Part shown: positions 16,960-27,104 of the stretch, piece after piece
How the letters are laid out: the number at the start of each line of letters is the position of its first letter
Position numbering within the stretch: the stretch's first letter is position 1
NCBI GenBank assembly: GCA_947174495.1
Contig: CAMWJC010000008.1
Location: forward strand, 801-64,800
DNA: 64,000 nt
Direction: 5' to 3'
From: an uncultured Lachnospiraceae bacterium
GTDB lineage: Bacteria > Bacillota > Clostridia > Lachnospirales > Lachnospiraceae
The notes under the pieces: model-generated
The model's database searches: none
The model's input: the letters and a program-made list of their open reading frames with translations, nothing else
What the model was told of the DNA's origin: nothing
Position numbers and translations under genes: made by a program

Positions 16960-19002
16960 CTAAGAAAGCTCAATCATCTGGAAAACTTCCAATTTAGGCA
17001 AATAGATCCGCATGGTATCTTTCCCGATAAGTTCTGTCTTGATCTCTGCTCCGGACGGCAGCAGATAAGCCTGCTTTCCCTGATCCTTCACATCAATGTA
17101 AATATCATACATCGGCACAATAGGCGATTCTTCCTGCTCATTGACAGCCGCCAGATAATCCTTCCCATCCTTTTCCCACGAAAGAATTTCCACAAACTTA
17201 GGCGCATTGGAGGTAAACACCGGCTTCCCAATAAGCGTCTGTATGATCCTGAAAAATACCTGCCGGCTCATGTAGGGCTTTGACATTTCAACCGGCGCTG
17301 CGGACCAGATAATCTTATTCTTCCCCGTATCCTTCAAGATCAGGCAGGGTTCCTCCGTATAAATCCCGGGAGGATTGGAATGGATCGCCGCAAAGTCCTC
17401 TGTATCTGTCAACGTATATGGTAATGTCCTGGTAGCAAGAACAGTAATCCCTTCCCTGTCTGTAATTTCCGCCTTTATCTGTGCCATAGGGACAGTCAGA
17501 GGGGTAAGACGGTCAAAGCCTTTCAGGATACCTTTTCCTTCTTCCGTAGGACTCATGTACGTAAACTCATGCTCTGTCCTTCCGGTAATCCGGATACCCA
17601 AAAGCTTTTGCAGCCGCTCATTTCCCACCGGTCCGCTTATATATAGATTTCCTCCCCGCTCTAAGTACCCTTCAATCTCATCCATTTCCTCATCCCGGAT
17701 AGCTGCCACATGGGACAAGATCATGACATCCGCCTTCTCATCCTTCATGTTTTTGGTCCCGATCACCTCAAAACCCACATTGTTCTCGCGGAGAATGGAG
17801 GCCGCTGCCACAGGCGCTTCCATATAGTAACCGGGCCAGAACTTTTTGTCCATAATCTCACAGCTTTTCTCATAAGGATCATATTTTGCATGAGAGGCAA
17901 ACCAGATTGCCGCATTGTGATATAAATTTCCGTTTATATACTTCTCATAAGGCTGTGTCTTCCCAAATACCTTCTTCATCAAAGTATGATAAACCTCCGG
18001 AACAATCGTTCCGTCCGGATTAATCGCGTCTACCAGGAGAAAAGCTCCATTGTGGATCAATGCCGTTACTGCATGCAAAAGCAGCTCCTCCTCTGTCTTA
18101 GTGGTCGTGTGATAACACAACTCCGGATCACACCGTGAAGTGTGGTATACAAAGGGAAGATTCGGAGATACATTTTTGTAATACTTGTTGATAAAGGTCT
18201 GCTGCAAAAATCCGCCATAGTAATCTCCGCCGGAATAATCCACCGCTTCCGTCAGCATTTCAGAGCTTCCGTCTATCCAGCTTCCTGTAATCCTTGAAAA
18301 CTGGTGCTCTATCGTCACATCCGGTTTCACCGACTTCACACAGTTGGTAGCAAATTTGGCATAATCTGCAATCCATTCATCCCGCAGATAAACATAGGAA
18401 AGCCAGTCCGAATCTGACCAGTCCACGCGTCTTGGAAGCTCTTTCCCGGTTTCTTTCTTATAGCGTTCCCGACAGCTGTCACAATAGCATACTTCGGGAA
18501 AAAAGGTCATATCCAAAAACATACCCTCAAAATCATACATGGTGTTCATCTCAGTCAGACAGGCTTTCACATACTCCCGATATTCCTGATTATTGGGACA
18601 GACAATTCCATACCGTCCGGTCTTAAAATCCGACCCATGACGGTATTCTCTCATATTTTTTCCTTCTGCTGTGACAACACGCCAGGAAGGGTGCTCTTCA
18701 TAAGCCCAATTGTCAAAAATCTGGGTAAAATATGCAATAACAGCAATATTATTTTCGTGGCACTTTTTGATCATCTCACCAAAATAATCATAACCCTTAA
18801 GCCCCCGGTGCATTCTCCCGATTTTGGTAGGATAATAGCAAAGCCCTGTATGAGGCTTTCCTTTCACCATAGCTGCCTGTACACCTGCCGCTTTTAGGGC
18901 GCCTACATATTCCCCCACATTCACTTTCGAAAGAAACTCCGGGTTCCAGTCATCAATATGCATGTCCAGAAGATTCCTTCTGTAATTCCCTTCAATCCAC
19001 AT
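16960..19002 (-). CDS. GHL6/GH151-like glycoside hydrolase (alpha-L-fucosidase-like) with GH42-type trimerisation domain, cytoplasmic
   Basis: RRNLLDMH...KPHTGLCYYPTKIG.MH..L..D.FGE..K.CH...I.V.AY N-terminus; CPNN, GMFLD, CYCDSC zinc-like motif; no signal peptide. Confidence 0.75.
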   Translation of the reverse strand: MWIEGNYRRNLLDMHIDDWNPEFLSKVNVGEYVGALKAAGVQAAMVKGKPHTGLCYYPTKIGRMHRGLKGYDYFGEMIKKCHENNIAVIAYFTQIFDNWAYEEHPSWRVVTAEGKNMREYRHGSDFKTGRYGIVCPNNQEYREYVKACLTEMNTMYDFEGMFLDMTFFPEVCYCDSCRERYKKETGKELPRRVDWSDSDWLSYVYLRDEWIADYAKFATNCVKSVKPDVTIEHQFSRITGSWIDGSSEMLTEAVDYSGGDYYGGFLQQTFINKYYKNVSPNLPFVYHTSRCDPELCYHTTTKTEEELLLHAVTALIHNGAFLLVDAINPDGTIVPEVYHTLMKKVFGKTQPYEKYINGNLYHNAAIWFASHAKYDPYEKSCEIMDKKFWPGYYMEAPVAAASILRENNVGFEVIGTKNMKDEKADVMILSHVAAIRDEEMDEIEGYLERGGNLYISGPVGNERLQKLLGIRITGRTEHEFTYMSPTEEGKGILKGFDRLTPLTVPMAQIKAEITDREGITVLATRTLPYTLTDTEDFAAIHSNPPGIYTEEPCLILKDTGKNKIIWSAAPVEMSKPYMSRQVFFRIIQTLIGKPVFTSNAPKFVEILSWEKDGKDYLAAVNEQEESPIVPMYDIYIDVKDQGKQAYLLPSGAEIKTELIGKDTMRIYLPKLEVFQMIELS

Positions 19003-19028
19003 GTTCTGTCCTCCTTCATATTTGGGAT

Positions 19029-19973
19029 CTATTCTTTATCATATTCCGTTTCTTGATATATATTGTCTACCAATCCTTCGCGATTTACGCTCTGATCCAA
19101 AAATTCACTGGGTGAAATTCCCAGATAGTTTTTAAATGTCTTACTTAATACATGAATACTGGAAAATCCAGCCAGGCGTGCTGCTTCCGTTACATTCACC
19201 TTTCCCGAAAGCAAAAGCTGCTGCACCTTCTCCACTTTCAGATTCATTACATACTTGTGCAGCGAAATTCCCAGATAATCCTGAAAAATCTTTGTCAGAT
19301 AATTAGGCGATACTCCGACAGCACGTGCAATAGACCGGTTGTCAGGTTCATTGACCACCCCTTGTTTATTGATATATTCAACCGCCCGCTCTATCAAGAG
19401 CCATGACTTAGTTCTTTGTTCGTTATCTCCCGCTTTTCCCGTCCCCTCTTCTCTGATATTACGGAAAGCAGAAACCAATAGTCCAATACATTCTGCCCTA
19501 ATCATCAGCTCTCTTCCCTGACGGTTATCCTTGAATTCGCGGAGAAGAGATAAATACCTGCGCACAAGATTGTTTCTCTCTGCTTCGGGAATCTCTGCAA
19601 TCAGAACATCCTGACTTATTCTTTTCTCTCTTTCCGACAGTTTTCCCGAATAATTCTCATCCTCCAAAATATCTTTATGAACGAGCTTCGTCCTTGCCTT
19701 TTCCTCATAATAATCAAAATGCATTATATACTGAACCAACGAATCTTTTCCCTGGGATATCACAACATGCGTTTTGTACGGCGGAATAATAATCAAATCC
19801 CCCGACTTAAGTGTATATTTAACACCCTCCACTATAAAATCCGCACTTCCCGCTGCAATATAAGTGAATACATTATCAATATCCTTCCACTTCCCGCTCA
19901 TCGCCGCAGAACGCTTCAGCCTCATCATTCTGACGTAGGGATTGATTTTATCTACTAGTGAAAAATCTATCAT
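19029..19973 (-). CDS. AraC family transcriptional regulator (cupin sensor + HTH)
   Basis: Cupin motif GDLIIIPPYKTH; HTH VSPNYLTKIF...VTEAARLAGFSSIHVLSKTFKNYLGISPSEF; start MIDFSL with GGAGG RBS. Confidence 0.9.
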   Translation of the reverse strand: MIDFSLVDKINPYVRMMRLKRSAAMSGKWKDIDNVFTYIAAGSADFIVEGVKYTLKSGDLIIIPPYKTHVVISQGKDSLVQYIMHFDYYEEKARTKLVHKDILEDENYSGKLSEREKRISQDVLIAEIPEAERNNLVRRYLSLLREFKDNRQGRELMIRAECIGLLVSAFRNIREEGTGKAGDNEQRTKSWLLIERAVEYINKQGVVNEPDNRSIARAVGVSPNYLTKIFQDYLGISLHKYVMNLKVEKVQQLLLSGKVNVTEAARLAGFSSIHVLSKTFKNYLGISPSEFLDQSVNREGLVDNIYQETEYDKE

Positions 19974-20057
19974 ACCAACCTCCATAAAATTCTGCAAAAA
20001 TCCTGCTGCCCTTGTCCGGTTATAATAGTATTATACTAAAGTTCATCTCTTCTGTAT

Positions 20058-20987
20058 TTATTCAGAACAATCATTGTTTGTCCAAAATTTTGGAATATAG
20101 CTCTCTTTTGCTGTATCTCCTTCCTGAATAAAAGCATCCTCCACACCAATCTCAATAGCGTAATCAACAACCTGCTCATATTCTCTTTTGGTAACCTTGC
20201 GGCATAGCACGCTAAAATCCGGATTTTCCTTTAATCTTTCCAGTGGTGTATATTGGTTCATAAGGCTGAGAATAACCTGTTTTCCATAGGTCTCATGAAC
20301 ATACCGAATTACATCCTTTGCATTTCTTTTATGCCCCGGCAAAAGTAAATGCCGCACAATAACGCCCCTTTTCATCATTCCGTTTTCGTCAAAAACCGGT
20401 GATCCTGTAATCCTTACCATCTCATCAAGCGCCGCCCTGGCAATTTCCGGATAATCCGGCGCTGCCGAAAGCCATCCCGCCAGCACTCTGTCCATATACT
20501 TAAAATCTGTCAGGAAAATATCAACTATTCCTGACAGATTACTAATCACTTCCTTCTTTTCATAACCGCTTCCGTTATAAACGATGGGAATAACAAGTCC
20601 CCTTTCTTTTGCTCTGATTACAGCCCGTGCAACTGCCGCTATATAATGATCCGGTGTGACCAGATTAATATTTGCGGCTCCCTGTTTTTGCAAATCTATA
20701 AAAATGTCAACGAGTTCCGTCTCTGAAACGGTTTTTCCGTTTTTCCCGCCGGAAATCTCATAATTCTGACAGTACACACATCTTAAATTGCAGCCAGAAA
20801 AAAATACGGTTCCCGATCCTATCTTTCCAGAAATACAGGGCTCCTCCCACCTATGAAGCGCCGCCCTAGCTACCTGAATTCTGTTGTCCATAAGACAATA
20901 GCCTTTTTGCCCGCCGTCCCTGTCCGCCATACATTCTCTAGGGCATAAATTGCAGGGATTGTCACTGATTCCTTTCCATGCCATCAT
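20058..20987 (-). CDS. Radical SAM protein, PflX family
   Basis: CNLCPREC; EEPCISG..GSGTVFFSGCNLRCVYCQNYEIS (CxxxCxxC); NINLVTP; VRHLLLPG; SLMNQYTP. Confidence 0.88.
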   Translation of the reverse strand: MMAWKGISDNPCNLCPRECMADRDGGQKGYCLMDNRIQVARAALHRWEEPCISGKIGSGTVFFSGCNLRCVYCQNYEISGGKNGKTVSETELVDIFIDLQKQGAANINLVTPDHYIAAVARAVIRAKERGLVIPIVYNGSGYEKKEVISNLSGIVDIFLTDFKYMDRVLAGWLSAAPDYPEIARAALDEMVRITGSPVFDENGMMKRGVIVRHLLLPGHKRNAKDVIRYVHETYGKQVILSLMNQYTPLERLKENPDFSVLCRKVTKREYEQVVDYAIEIGVEDAFIQEGDTAKESYIPKFWTNNDCSE

Positions 20988-20988
20988 T

Positions 20989-22380
20989 TTATTCCCGCTC
21001 TCCACCATAGCGCTCATTCCATTCCTCCCGGGGAATCGCCGTAATATTTCCCACATCATAATACATTTCATAAAAATGATTAATCCAGTACTCCTTATCC
21101 TCTGTAAGATCCGAGTCATGCATATTACTGTATGGATTGCGGAACTCTTCCCGAAGCTTTGGCAGAACTACGATTCCTGTACCGTTCACATCTGCTTTTT
21201 CATCAATAAGCATCTGAACCCTTTCCGTCTCTTCCCGATAAATACGGGCAAGATTCACCAGATTATCAAGATAGTTAAAGACAAACCACAGACAAAGCAC
21301 ACTGACCAGACTATACTTCGCCCCGCGTAAAATCATTTCATGATCTGACACATCCACAATCCCCTGAATACATGCAATAAAAAGGAAAATTCCTGCTCCG
21401 AAATAAGCACGGTTCATTGGTGTAGGCGCAATTGCAAGCGCATAGCAGGTTGCCAGTGCTGCTACAAGAAACAGCAAGGTTTCATTTCTGCGAATCTGCC
21501 TCCACGTACAAAGCTTTTTTTGAAGAATCAAAAAAACAATGGTAACCACCAGTATTACCAATACCGCAAAAAACAACTCCCGCACCGACATGGATATCTT
21601 ATATATTTTGGATAATATCCCCACAAATCCCGTATACTCATCTTCGCGCATTACCTGACTGCGGCTCCGCACTCCCGGCGCCAGGAGCATTCCCAGCATA
21701 CCGCAGCACATTCCAAGCGCTGCTATTCCCATAAAGGGATAAAAAGCTTTCTTTCCTTCCTTTTTTCTGTCCCACCAGAAGTTCAGCCCAAACAGAAGTA
21801 TCAGCAAAAAACCGCCTCCGGATGTGTTTTCATTACACCATCCTGCCGCTATAGCAAAGAAAAAGGTTCCCACCGCTGCCGGTATCTGATGTTCTATCCG
21901 CTCCGCCCTTGCCAGAAGATAGCGGAAAAAGGTTACAAAACCTAAGATGATCACACTTCCCCACAGGTAATTACATGCACCGCAGATCCATAACATTGTC
22001 TGTCCGAAATCCACTGCATACCGCCACAAGAAAGTGATAATAAGCAGCAGTACAAAAATGTCATATTTTTTCTTTCTCCTAATATTGGCATAGATTAAAA
22101 GCGCAAGCGCTGTAAACATCAGGCTGTTCACTACGTTGAACACCTGCTTGTCAAACACAAGGGAAAGACGTACATTAAACTGCCCAATCACGCGGCCGCT
22201 GTTGGAAATGTACTCACCATACTGCTGTTTTATGAGATCAAAAAGAGAACGGGCCTCCCTAACCTGCATTGCATAGCTATAATCATCGGACATATAAGGA
22301 GTCAGAAAATTATAAATGAAAATGCTGACAAATGCTGCTGTAACAATAATCCAAAAAATCTTTTTACGATGTTTTTCCAT
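20989..22380 (-). CDS. Polytopic membrane protein, DUF6056-like (putative GT-C glycosyltransferase)
   Basis: PYMSDDYSY acidic loop after TM1, SGR, WICGACNYLW, GWCNEN, LAPG; many TM helices. Confidence 0.7.
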   Translation of the reverse strand: MEKHRKKIFWIIVTAAFVSIFIYNFLTPYMSDDYSYAMQVREARSLFDLIKQQYGEYISNSGRVIGQFNVRLSLVFDKQVFNVVNSLMFTALALLIYANIRRKKKYDIFVLLLIITFLWRYAVDFGQTMLWICGACNYLWGSVIILGFVTFFRYLLARAERIEHQIPAAVGTFFFAIAAGWCNENTSGGGFLLILLFGLNFWWDRKKEGKKAFYPFMGIAALGMCCGMLGMLLAPGVRSRSQVMREDEYTGFVGILSKIYKISMSVRELFFAVLVILVVTIVFLILQKKLCTWRQIRRNETLLFLVAALATCYALAIAPTPMNRAYFGAGIFLFIACIQGIVDVSDHEMILRGAKYSLVSVLCLWFVFNYLDNLVNLARIYREETERVQMLIDEKADVNGTGIVVLPKLREEFRNPYSNMHDSDLTEDKEYWINHFYEMYYDVGNITAIPREEWNERYGGERE

Positions 22381-22421
22381 AAATGCTGTCACAATAATTC
22401 CCTTTCCCGAAACTTGATACA

Positions 22422-22450
22422 ATTTTAGCAAAAGCAGCTAAGGAATGCAA
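22422..22450 (-). promoter_or_regulatory. Sigma-A promoter of the DUF6056-pflX unit
   Basis: TTGCAT - 17 nt - TAAAAT with extended -10 TG. A divergent TGcTATACT at 22480-22488 would serve mutS2. Confidence 0.6.
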
Positions 22451-22539
22451 CTTCCCTTATAGTTTTTCCTTATGAAATATGCTATACTAAAAAGCAGTTT
22501 TAATCAGATGACTCAATTAGCATAAGGAAATCGTACAAA

Positions 22540-24930
22540 ATGAATGCAAAAGTTTTAAAAACATTAGAATACACCAAAATAATCGATATGCTTACGGACA
22601 GGGCTTCCTCTGACCCGGGTCGGGAACTATGCCGAAAGCTGGTTCCCATGACGGATTTGGATGAAATCTCGCTGGCCCAGACTCAGACTTCAGATGCCCT
22701 TTCCATGCTCTTTTCCAAAGGGTCTACTTCCTTTGGTGGCAATAAGAACATATCTGCCGCTCTCCGCTCTCTAGAGATTGGAAGTACCTTATCTGCACCG
22801 GAGCTGTTGCAGATTGCCGGTCTTCTGGATAACGTGAACAGAGTAAAATCCTACGCCCGTTCATCCAGAGATGATGAGAAGGAAACATCTCTGACCGGGT
22901 ACTTTAGCGCTCTGGAGCCGGTCACTGCTTTGGCAAATGAAATACGCCGCTGTATCCTTTCTGAGGATGAGATTGCCGACGATGCCAGTCCGGGACTAAA
23001 GCACGTGCGCCGTTCCATTACTCTTACCAATGACCGGATACACTCACAGCTTGCCTCCATGCTGAACGGTTCCTATCGCAGCTATCTTCAGGATGCCGTG
23101 ATCACCATGAGAGATAACCGCTATTGTATTCCTGTCAAGGCAGAATACAAAAGCCAGGTTCCCGGAATGATCCACGATCAGTCTTCCACAGGCTCCACTT
23201 TTTTTATTGAACCTGCTGCTATTGTCAATTTAAACAACCAGCTGAAAGAACTGTTCATAAAAGAAAAAGAAGAAATAGAAGCGATTCTTGCCGACTTAAG
23301 TCTGCAGGCATCAGCGCACGTTCCCGAATTAACAGAAGATCAGAAAATTATGACCTTCCTTGACTTTACTTTTGCCAAAGCCTCTCTGGCTATGGACCAG
23401 AATGCCACCATGCCTTTGTTTAACACAGAACACAGGCTCCATATTCGCAAAGGACGCCATCCCCTGCTTCCCTCCAAAAAGGTGGTTCCAATTGATATCC
23501 ATTTGGGAAAAGATTTTGATCTTTTGGTAGTGACCGGACCCAACACCGGCGGTAAAACGGTTTCCTTAAAGACTGTGGGACTATTTACTCTGATGGGGCA
23601 GGCGGGACTTCACATTCCTGCATTGGACCGCTCGGAGCTGTCTGTTTTTACGGAAGTTTTTGCAGATATCGGTGATGAACAGAGTATTGAACAAAGCCTG
23701 AGCACCTTTTCTTCTCACATGACCAGCATCGTATCTATCTTGAAGCAGGCCGATGAAAATTCCTTATGTCTGTTTGATGAATTGGGTGCCGGAACTGATC
23801 CTACGGAAGGAGCTGCACTTGCCATTGCCATTTTAGATCATCTCCACACCCGGGGAATTCGAACCATGGCAACCACTCATTACAGCGAACTGAAGGTGTA
23901 TGCTCTTTCCACATCTTTTGTGGAAAATGCCTGCTGCGAATTTAGTGTGGAGACATTGGCTCCCACGTACCGTCTTCTTATCGGCATTCCCGGAAAAAGC
24001 AATGCATTTGCCATCTCATCCAAATTGGGGCTTCCGGATTATATCATTTGTGCCGCCAAAGAACAGATCACTACCGAAGAAAAGAGCTTTGAAGATCTGC
24101 TCACCGATCTGGAGCAAAGCCGTATTACCATCGAAAACGAGCGGCTGGAGATTGCCTCCTATAAAGAAGAAATTAAAACCTTAAAGGAACGTCTTCAAGC
24201 CAAAAACGAAAAGATAGATCTTGCGAAGGACCGCATTCTGCGGGAAGCAAATGAGCAGGCAAGAGAAATTCTTCAAGATGCCAAAAATGTTGCGGATGAA
24301 ACTATTCGTGTCTACCAAAAAGCTGGACCGGGAGCTTCCCTGAAAGATCTGGAAAAGACCAGAGACCGTCTCCGTGGAGAGATCGGCAAGAAGAACGAAA
24401 AGCTTGCTATAAAGAATAACGAAAAAACCGCCGGGGGCAAAAAGCCTTCCCTGCAGCAGCTTAAGATCGGAGATCACGTGAAGATTCTATCCATGGGTCT
24501 TTCCGGAACCGTCAGTACATTGCCCGACCACAAAGGTAATCTTTTTATTCAATGTGGTGCTATGCGCTCTCAGGCCAATATCAAAGATCTGGTATACGCA
24601 CAAGAACAGCCTTCTACTGCTTCATCCCTACTGAAGCAGAGAGTATCCGATACCGGAAAGGTTAAAATGTCCAAATCCTTCAGCATTTCTCCGGAAATCA
24701 ATCTTTTGGGCAAAACAGTAGACGAAGCCATTGCTGGGCTGGACAAATATCTGGACGATGCATACCTGGCACACCTTTCCTCTGTACGTGTGGTACACGG
24801 CAAAGGTACTGGAGCGCTTAGAAATGCCGTGCAGAATCATTTAAAACGTGTTAAATATGTAAAATCCTATCGTTTGGGTGAATACGGCGAAGGTGACGCT
24901 GGTGTCACAATTGTAACATTTAAGGAATAA
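22540..24930 (+). CDS. mutS2: Endonuclease/ribosome rescue factor MutS2
   Basis: TGPNTGGKT, ADIGDEQSIEQSLSTFSSH, DELGAGTDP, coiled coil, C-terminal Smr domain (VVHGKGTGAL). Confidence 0.96.
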   Translation: MNAKVLKTLEYTKIIDMLTDRASSDPGRELCRKLVPMTDLDEISLAQTQTSDALSMLFSKGSTSFGGNKNISAALRSLEIGSTLSAPELLQIAGLLDNVNRVKSYARSSRDDEKETSLTGYFSALEPVTALANEIRRCILSEDEIADDASPGLKHVRRSITLTNDRIHSQLASMLNGSYRSYLQDAVITMRDNRYCIPVKAEYKSQVPGMIHDQSSTGSTFFIEPAAIVNLNNQLKELFIKEKEEIEAILADLSLQASAHVPELTEDQKIMTFLDFTFAKASLAMDQNATMPLFNTEHRLHIRKGRHPLLPSKKVVPIDIHLGKDFDLLVVTGPNTGGKTVSLKTVGLFTLMGQAGLHIPALDRSELSVFTEVFADIGDEQSIEQSLSTFSSHMTSIVSILKQADENSLCLFDELGAGTDPTEGAALAIAILDHLHTRGIRTMATTHYSELKVYALSTSFVENACCEFSVETLAPTYRLLIGIPGKSNAFAISSKLGLPDYIICAAKEQITTEEKSFEDLLTDLEQSRITIENERLEIASYKEEIKTLKERLQAKNEKIDLAKDRILREANEQAREILQDAKNVADETIRVYQKAGPGASLKDLEKTRDRLRGEIGKKNEKLAIKNNEKTAGGKKPSLQQLKIGDHVKILSMGLSGTVSTLPDHKGNLFIQCGAMRSQANIKDLVYAQEQPSTASSLLKQRVSDTGKVKMSKSFSISPEINLLGKTVDEAIAGLDKYLDDAYLAHLSSVRVVHGKGTGALRNAVQNHLKRVKYVKSYRLGEYGEGDAGVTIVTFKE

Positions 24931-24970
24931 TAGTCGAAATCGTAGATTTTGAATAGAAAAGAGGAAAAAT

Positions 24971-25672
24971 ATGGTTAATAAACAAAAAATTTTGATTGTG
25001 GATGATGACAGCAACATTGCGGAGCTGATCTCCCTTTATCTGACAAAAGAATGCTTCGAGACAATGATTGCTCCCGACGGCGAAACCGCCCTTCTGCTGG
25101 CGGATTCTTTTGCTCCAAATCTAATTTTGCTGGATCTGATGCTTCCGGGTATAGATGGTTATCAAGTGTGCCGGGAAATACGTGCCAAATCCTCAACTCC
25201 CATTATTATGCTTTCGGCGAAAGGCGAGATCTTTGATAAGGTGTTGGGCTTAGAGCTGGGCGCAGATGATTACATGGAAAAACCTTTTGATTCCAAAGAG
25301 CTGGTCGCTCGTGTCAAGGCTGTTCTCCGCAGATATAAACCTGCTGCCTCCGTGCCTGGAGAATCGGATATTAAATGTGTGGAATACCCTGACCTGACTG
25401 TAAATCAGACCAATTATTCTGTTGTTTATATGGGCCGTACTGTAGATATGCCTCCAAAAGAACTGGAACTTTTATATTTTCTTGCTTCTTCTCCCAATCA
25501 TGTATTTACCAGGGAACAGCTTCTCGACCAGATCTGGGGCTATGAATACATAGGCGATACCCGGACGGTTGATGTACACATTAAACGTCTTCGTGAAAAA
25601 ATCAATGATCATGCCAATTGGAAAATTGCTACCATCTGGGGAATTGGCTATAAATTCGAGGTACGTCAATGA
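24971..25672 (+). CDS. OmpR/PhoB family response regulator
   Basis: ILIVDDD, LLDLMLP, GADDY..KPF, winged helix RTVDVHIKRLREK, TIWGIGY. Confidence 0.95.
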   Translation: MVNKQKILIVDDDSNIAELISLYLTKECFETMIAPDGETALLLADSFAPNLILLDLMLPGIDGYQVCREIRAKSSTPIIMLSAKGEIFDKVLGLELGADDYMEKPFDSKELVARVKAVLRRYKPAASVPGESDIKCVEYPDLTVNQTNYSVVYMGRTVDMPPKELELLYFLASSPNHVFTREQLLDQIWGYEYIGDTRTVDVHIKRLREKINDHANWKIATIWGIGYKFEVRQ

Positions 25673-27093
25673 GAAAAACGCTTTACCTAAAATTTCTTCT
25701 TGCATACTTTATTTTTGGATTTTTTGGTTTTATTATTGTAGCAACTTTTGTCAACAGCATGACTATGGAACACCTAAAGAGGGACGAAGCGGACTCTTTG
25801 TACAAGGAAGCCACCTTGATTGCCAACACCTATGCTTCGGATCTGTACAATAATGAAACCTCCTTAGATACTGTTAAAAAACAGCTAGATGCTTTGGATA
25901 CCTATCTTTCGGCTAATCTTTGGATTATTAATCCTTCCGGACGTATGGTTTTAAATTCCAAGGCGCCTTTGGATGTGGAAAACGAAACGGTAATTGAAGG
26001 TTTCGACCCCACTGTCACCGAAAATTCCTATTATACCATCGGTAATTTCTGGGAGAGCTTTGATGAGGATCAGCTCAGTGTATTTGCCCCCATTACATCA
26101 GATTACAAGGTGCGGGGATATGTTGTCATCCACTATCCCATGAGCAATATTGTTGCATCCTGTAACAGTCTGCTCAATATTTCTTATCTGATGCTTATTA
26201 TTTTGTTCCTTCTCTCCATGATCATCCTGATCTTTTTTACGGAAATGGTATATCTGCCTCTGCGCAGGATTACCGAAGCCACAGAACAATACGCTTCCGG
26301 AAATATGCATTATGAATTTCAAATTGACAGTGAAGATGAGATTGGTTATCTGGGCGCCACATTAAGCTATATGGCAAGCGAGATTGCCCGTTCCGAGGAC
26401 GACCAGAAAAAATTTGTGGCAAATGTTTCCCACGACTTCCGCTCGCCCCTGACCTCCATCAAAGGATATTTGGAGGCCATGCTGGACGGGACCATTCCGC
26501 CTGAGCTGCACGAAAAATATCTTACCATTGTGCTGAACGAAACCGAAAGACTGACCAAGCTGACCGGAAGCCTTTTGACCCTGAACAATCTAAACACTAA
26601 AGGAATGCTTCTGGAAAAAAGTCACTTCGATATTAATCGGGTTATCCGCAACATCGCCGCCTCCTTCGAAGGAACCTGCCGTAAAAAGGCCATTGCCATT
26701 GAATTAATTCTTACCGGCGATGAGCTTTTTATTGAAGCTGATATCGGAAAAATCCAGCAGGTAATTTACAACCTTCTGGATAATGCAATCAAATTCAGCC
26801 ATCCGGACTCTATTATCAAAATAGAAACCACAGAAAAGCATAACAAGGTCTTCGTCTCAGTAAAAGACAGTGGAATTGGTATTCCCAAGGATGCACTGAA
26901 GTTAATCTGGGACCGGTTTTATAAATCCGATTTATCCAGAGGAAAAGATAAAAAGGGAACCGGTCTGGGACTTTCGATCACCAAAGAAATTATACAGGCC
27001 CACGGAGAGCATATCAATGTAATCAGCACCGAGGGTGTTGGGTCAGAATTTATATTTTCCCTGCCCGTATCAGACGAGGATAATGACGATTAG
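25669..27093 (+). CDS. Sensor histidine kinase (2 TM, HAMP, HisKA, HATPase)
   Basis: NVSHDFRSPLT, NLLDNAIKF, DSGIGI, GTGLGL; ATGA overlap with the response regulator. Confidence 0.95.
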   Translation: MRKTLYLKFLLAYFIFGFFGFIIVATFVNSMTMEHLKRDEADSLYKEATLIANTYASDLYNNETSLDTVKKQLDALDTYLSANLWIINPSGRMVLNSKAPLDVENETVIEGFDPTVTENSYYTIGNFWESFDEDQLSVFAPITSDYKVRGYVVIHYPMSNIVASCNSLLNISYLMLIILFLLSMIILIFFTEMVYLPLRRITEATEQYASGNMHYEFQIDSEDEIGYLGATLSYMASEIARSEDDQKKFVANVSHDFRSPLTSIKGYLEAMLDGTIPPELHEKYLTIVLNETERLTKLTGSLLTLNNLNTKGMLLEKSHFDINRVIRNIAASFEGTCRKKAIAIELILTGDELFIEADIGKIQQVIYNLLDNAIKFSHPDSIIKIETTEKHNKVFVSVKDSGIGIPKDALKLIWDRFYKSDLSRGKDKKGTGLGLSITKEIIQAHGEHINVISTEGVGSEFIFSLPVSDEDNDD

Positions 27094-27104
27094 GAGAATC
27101 TGCT

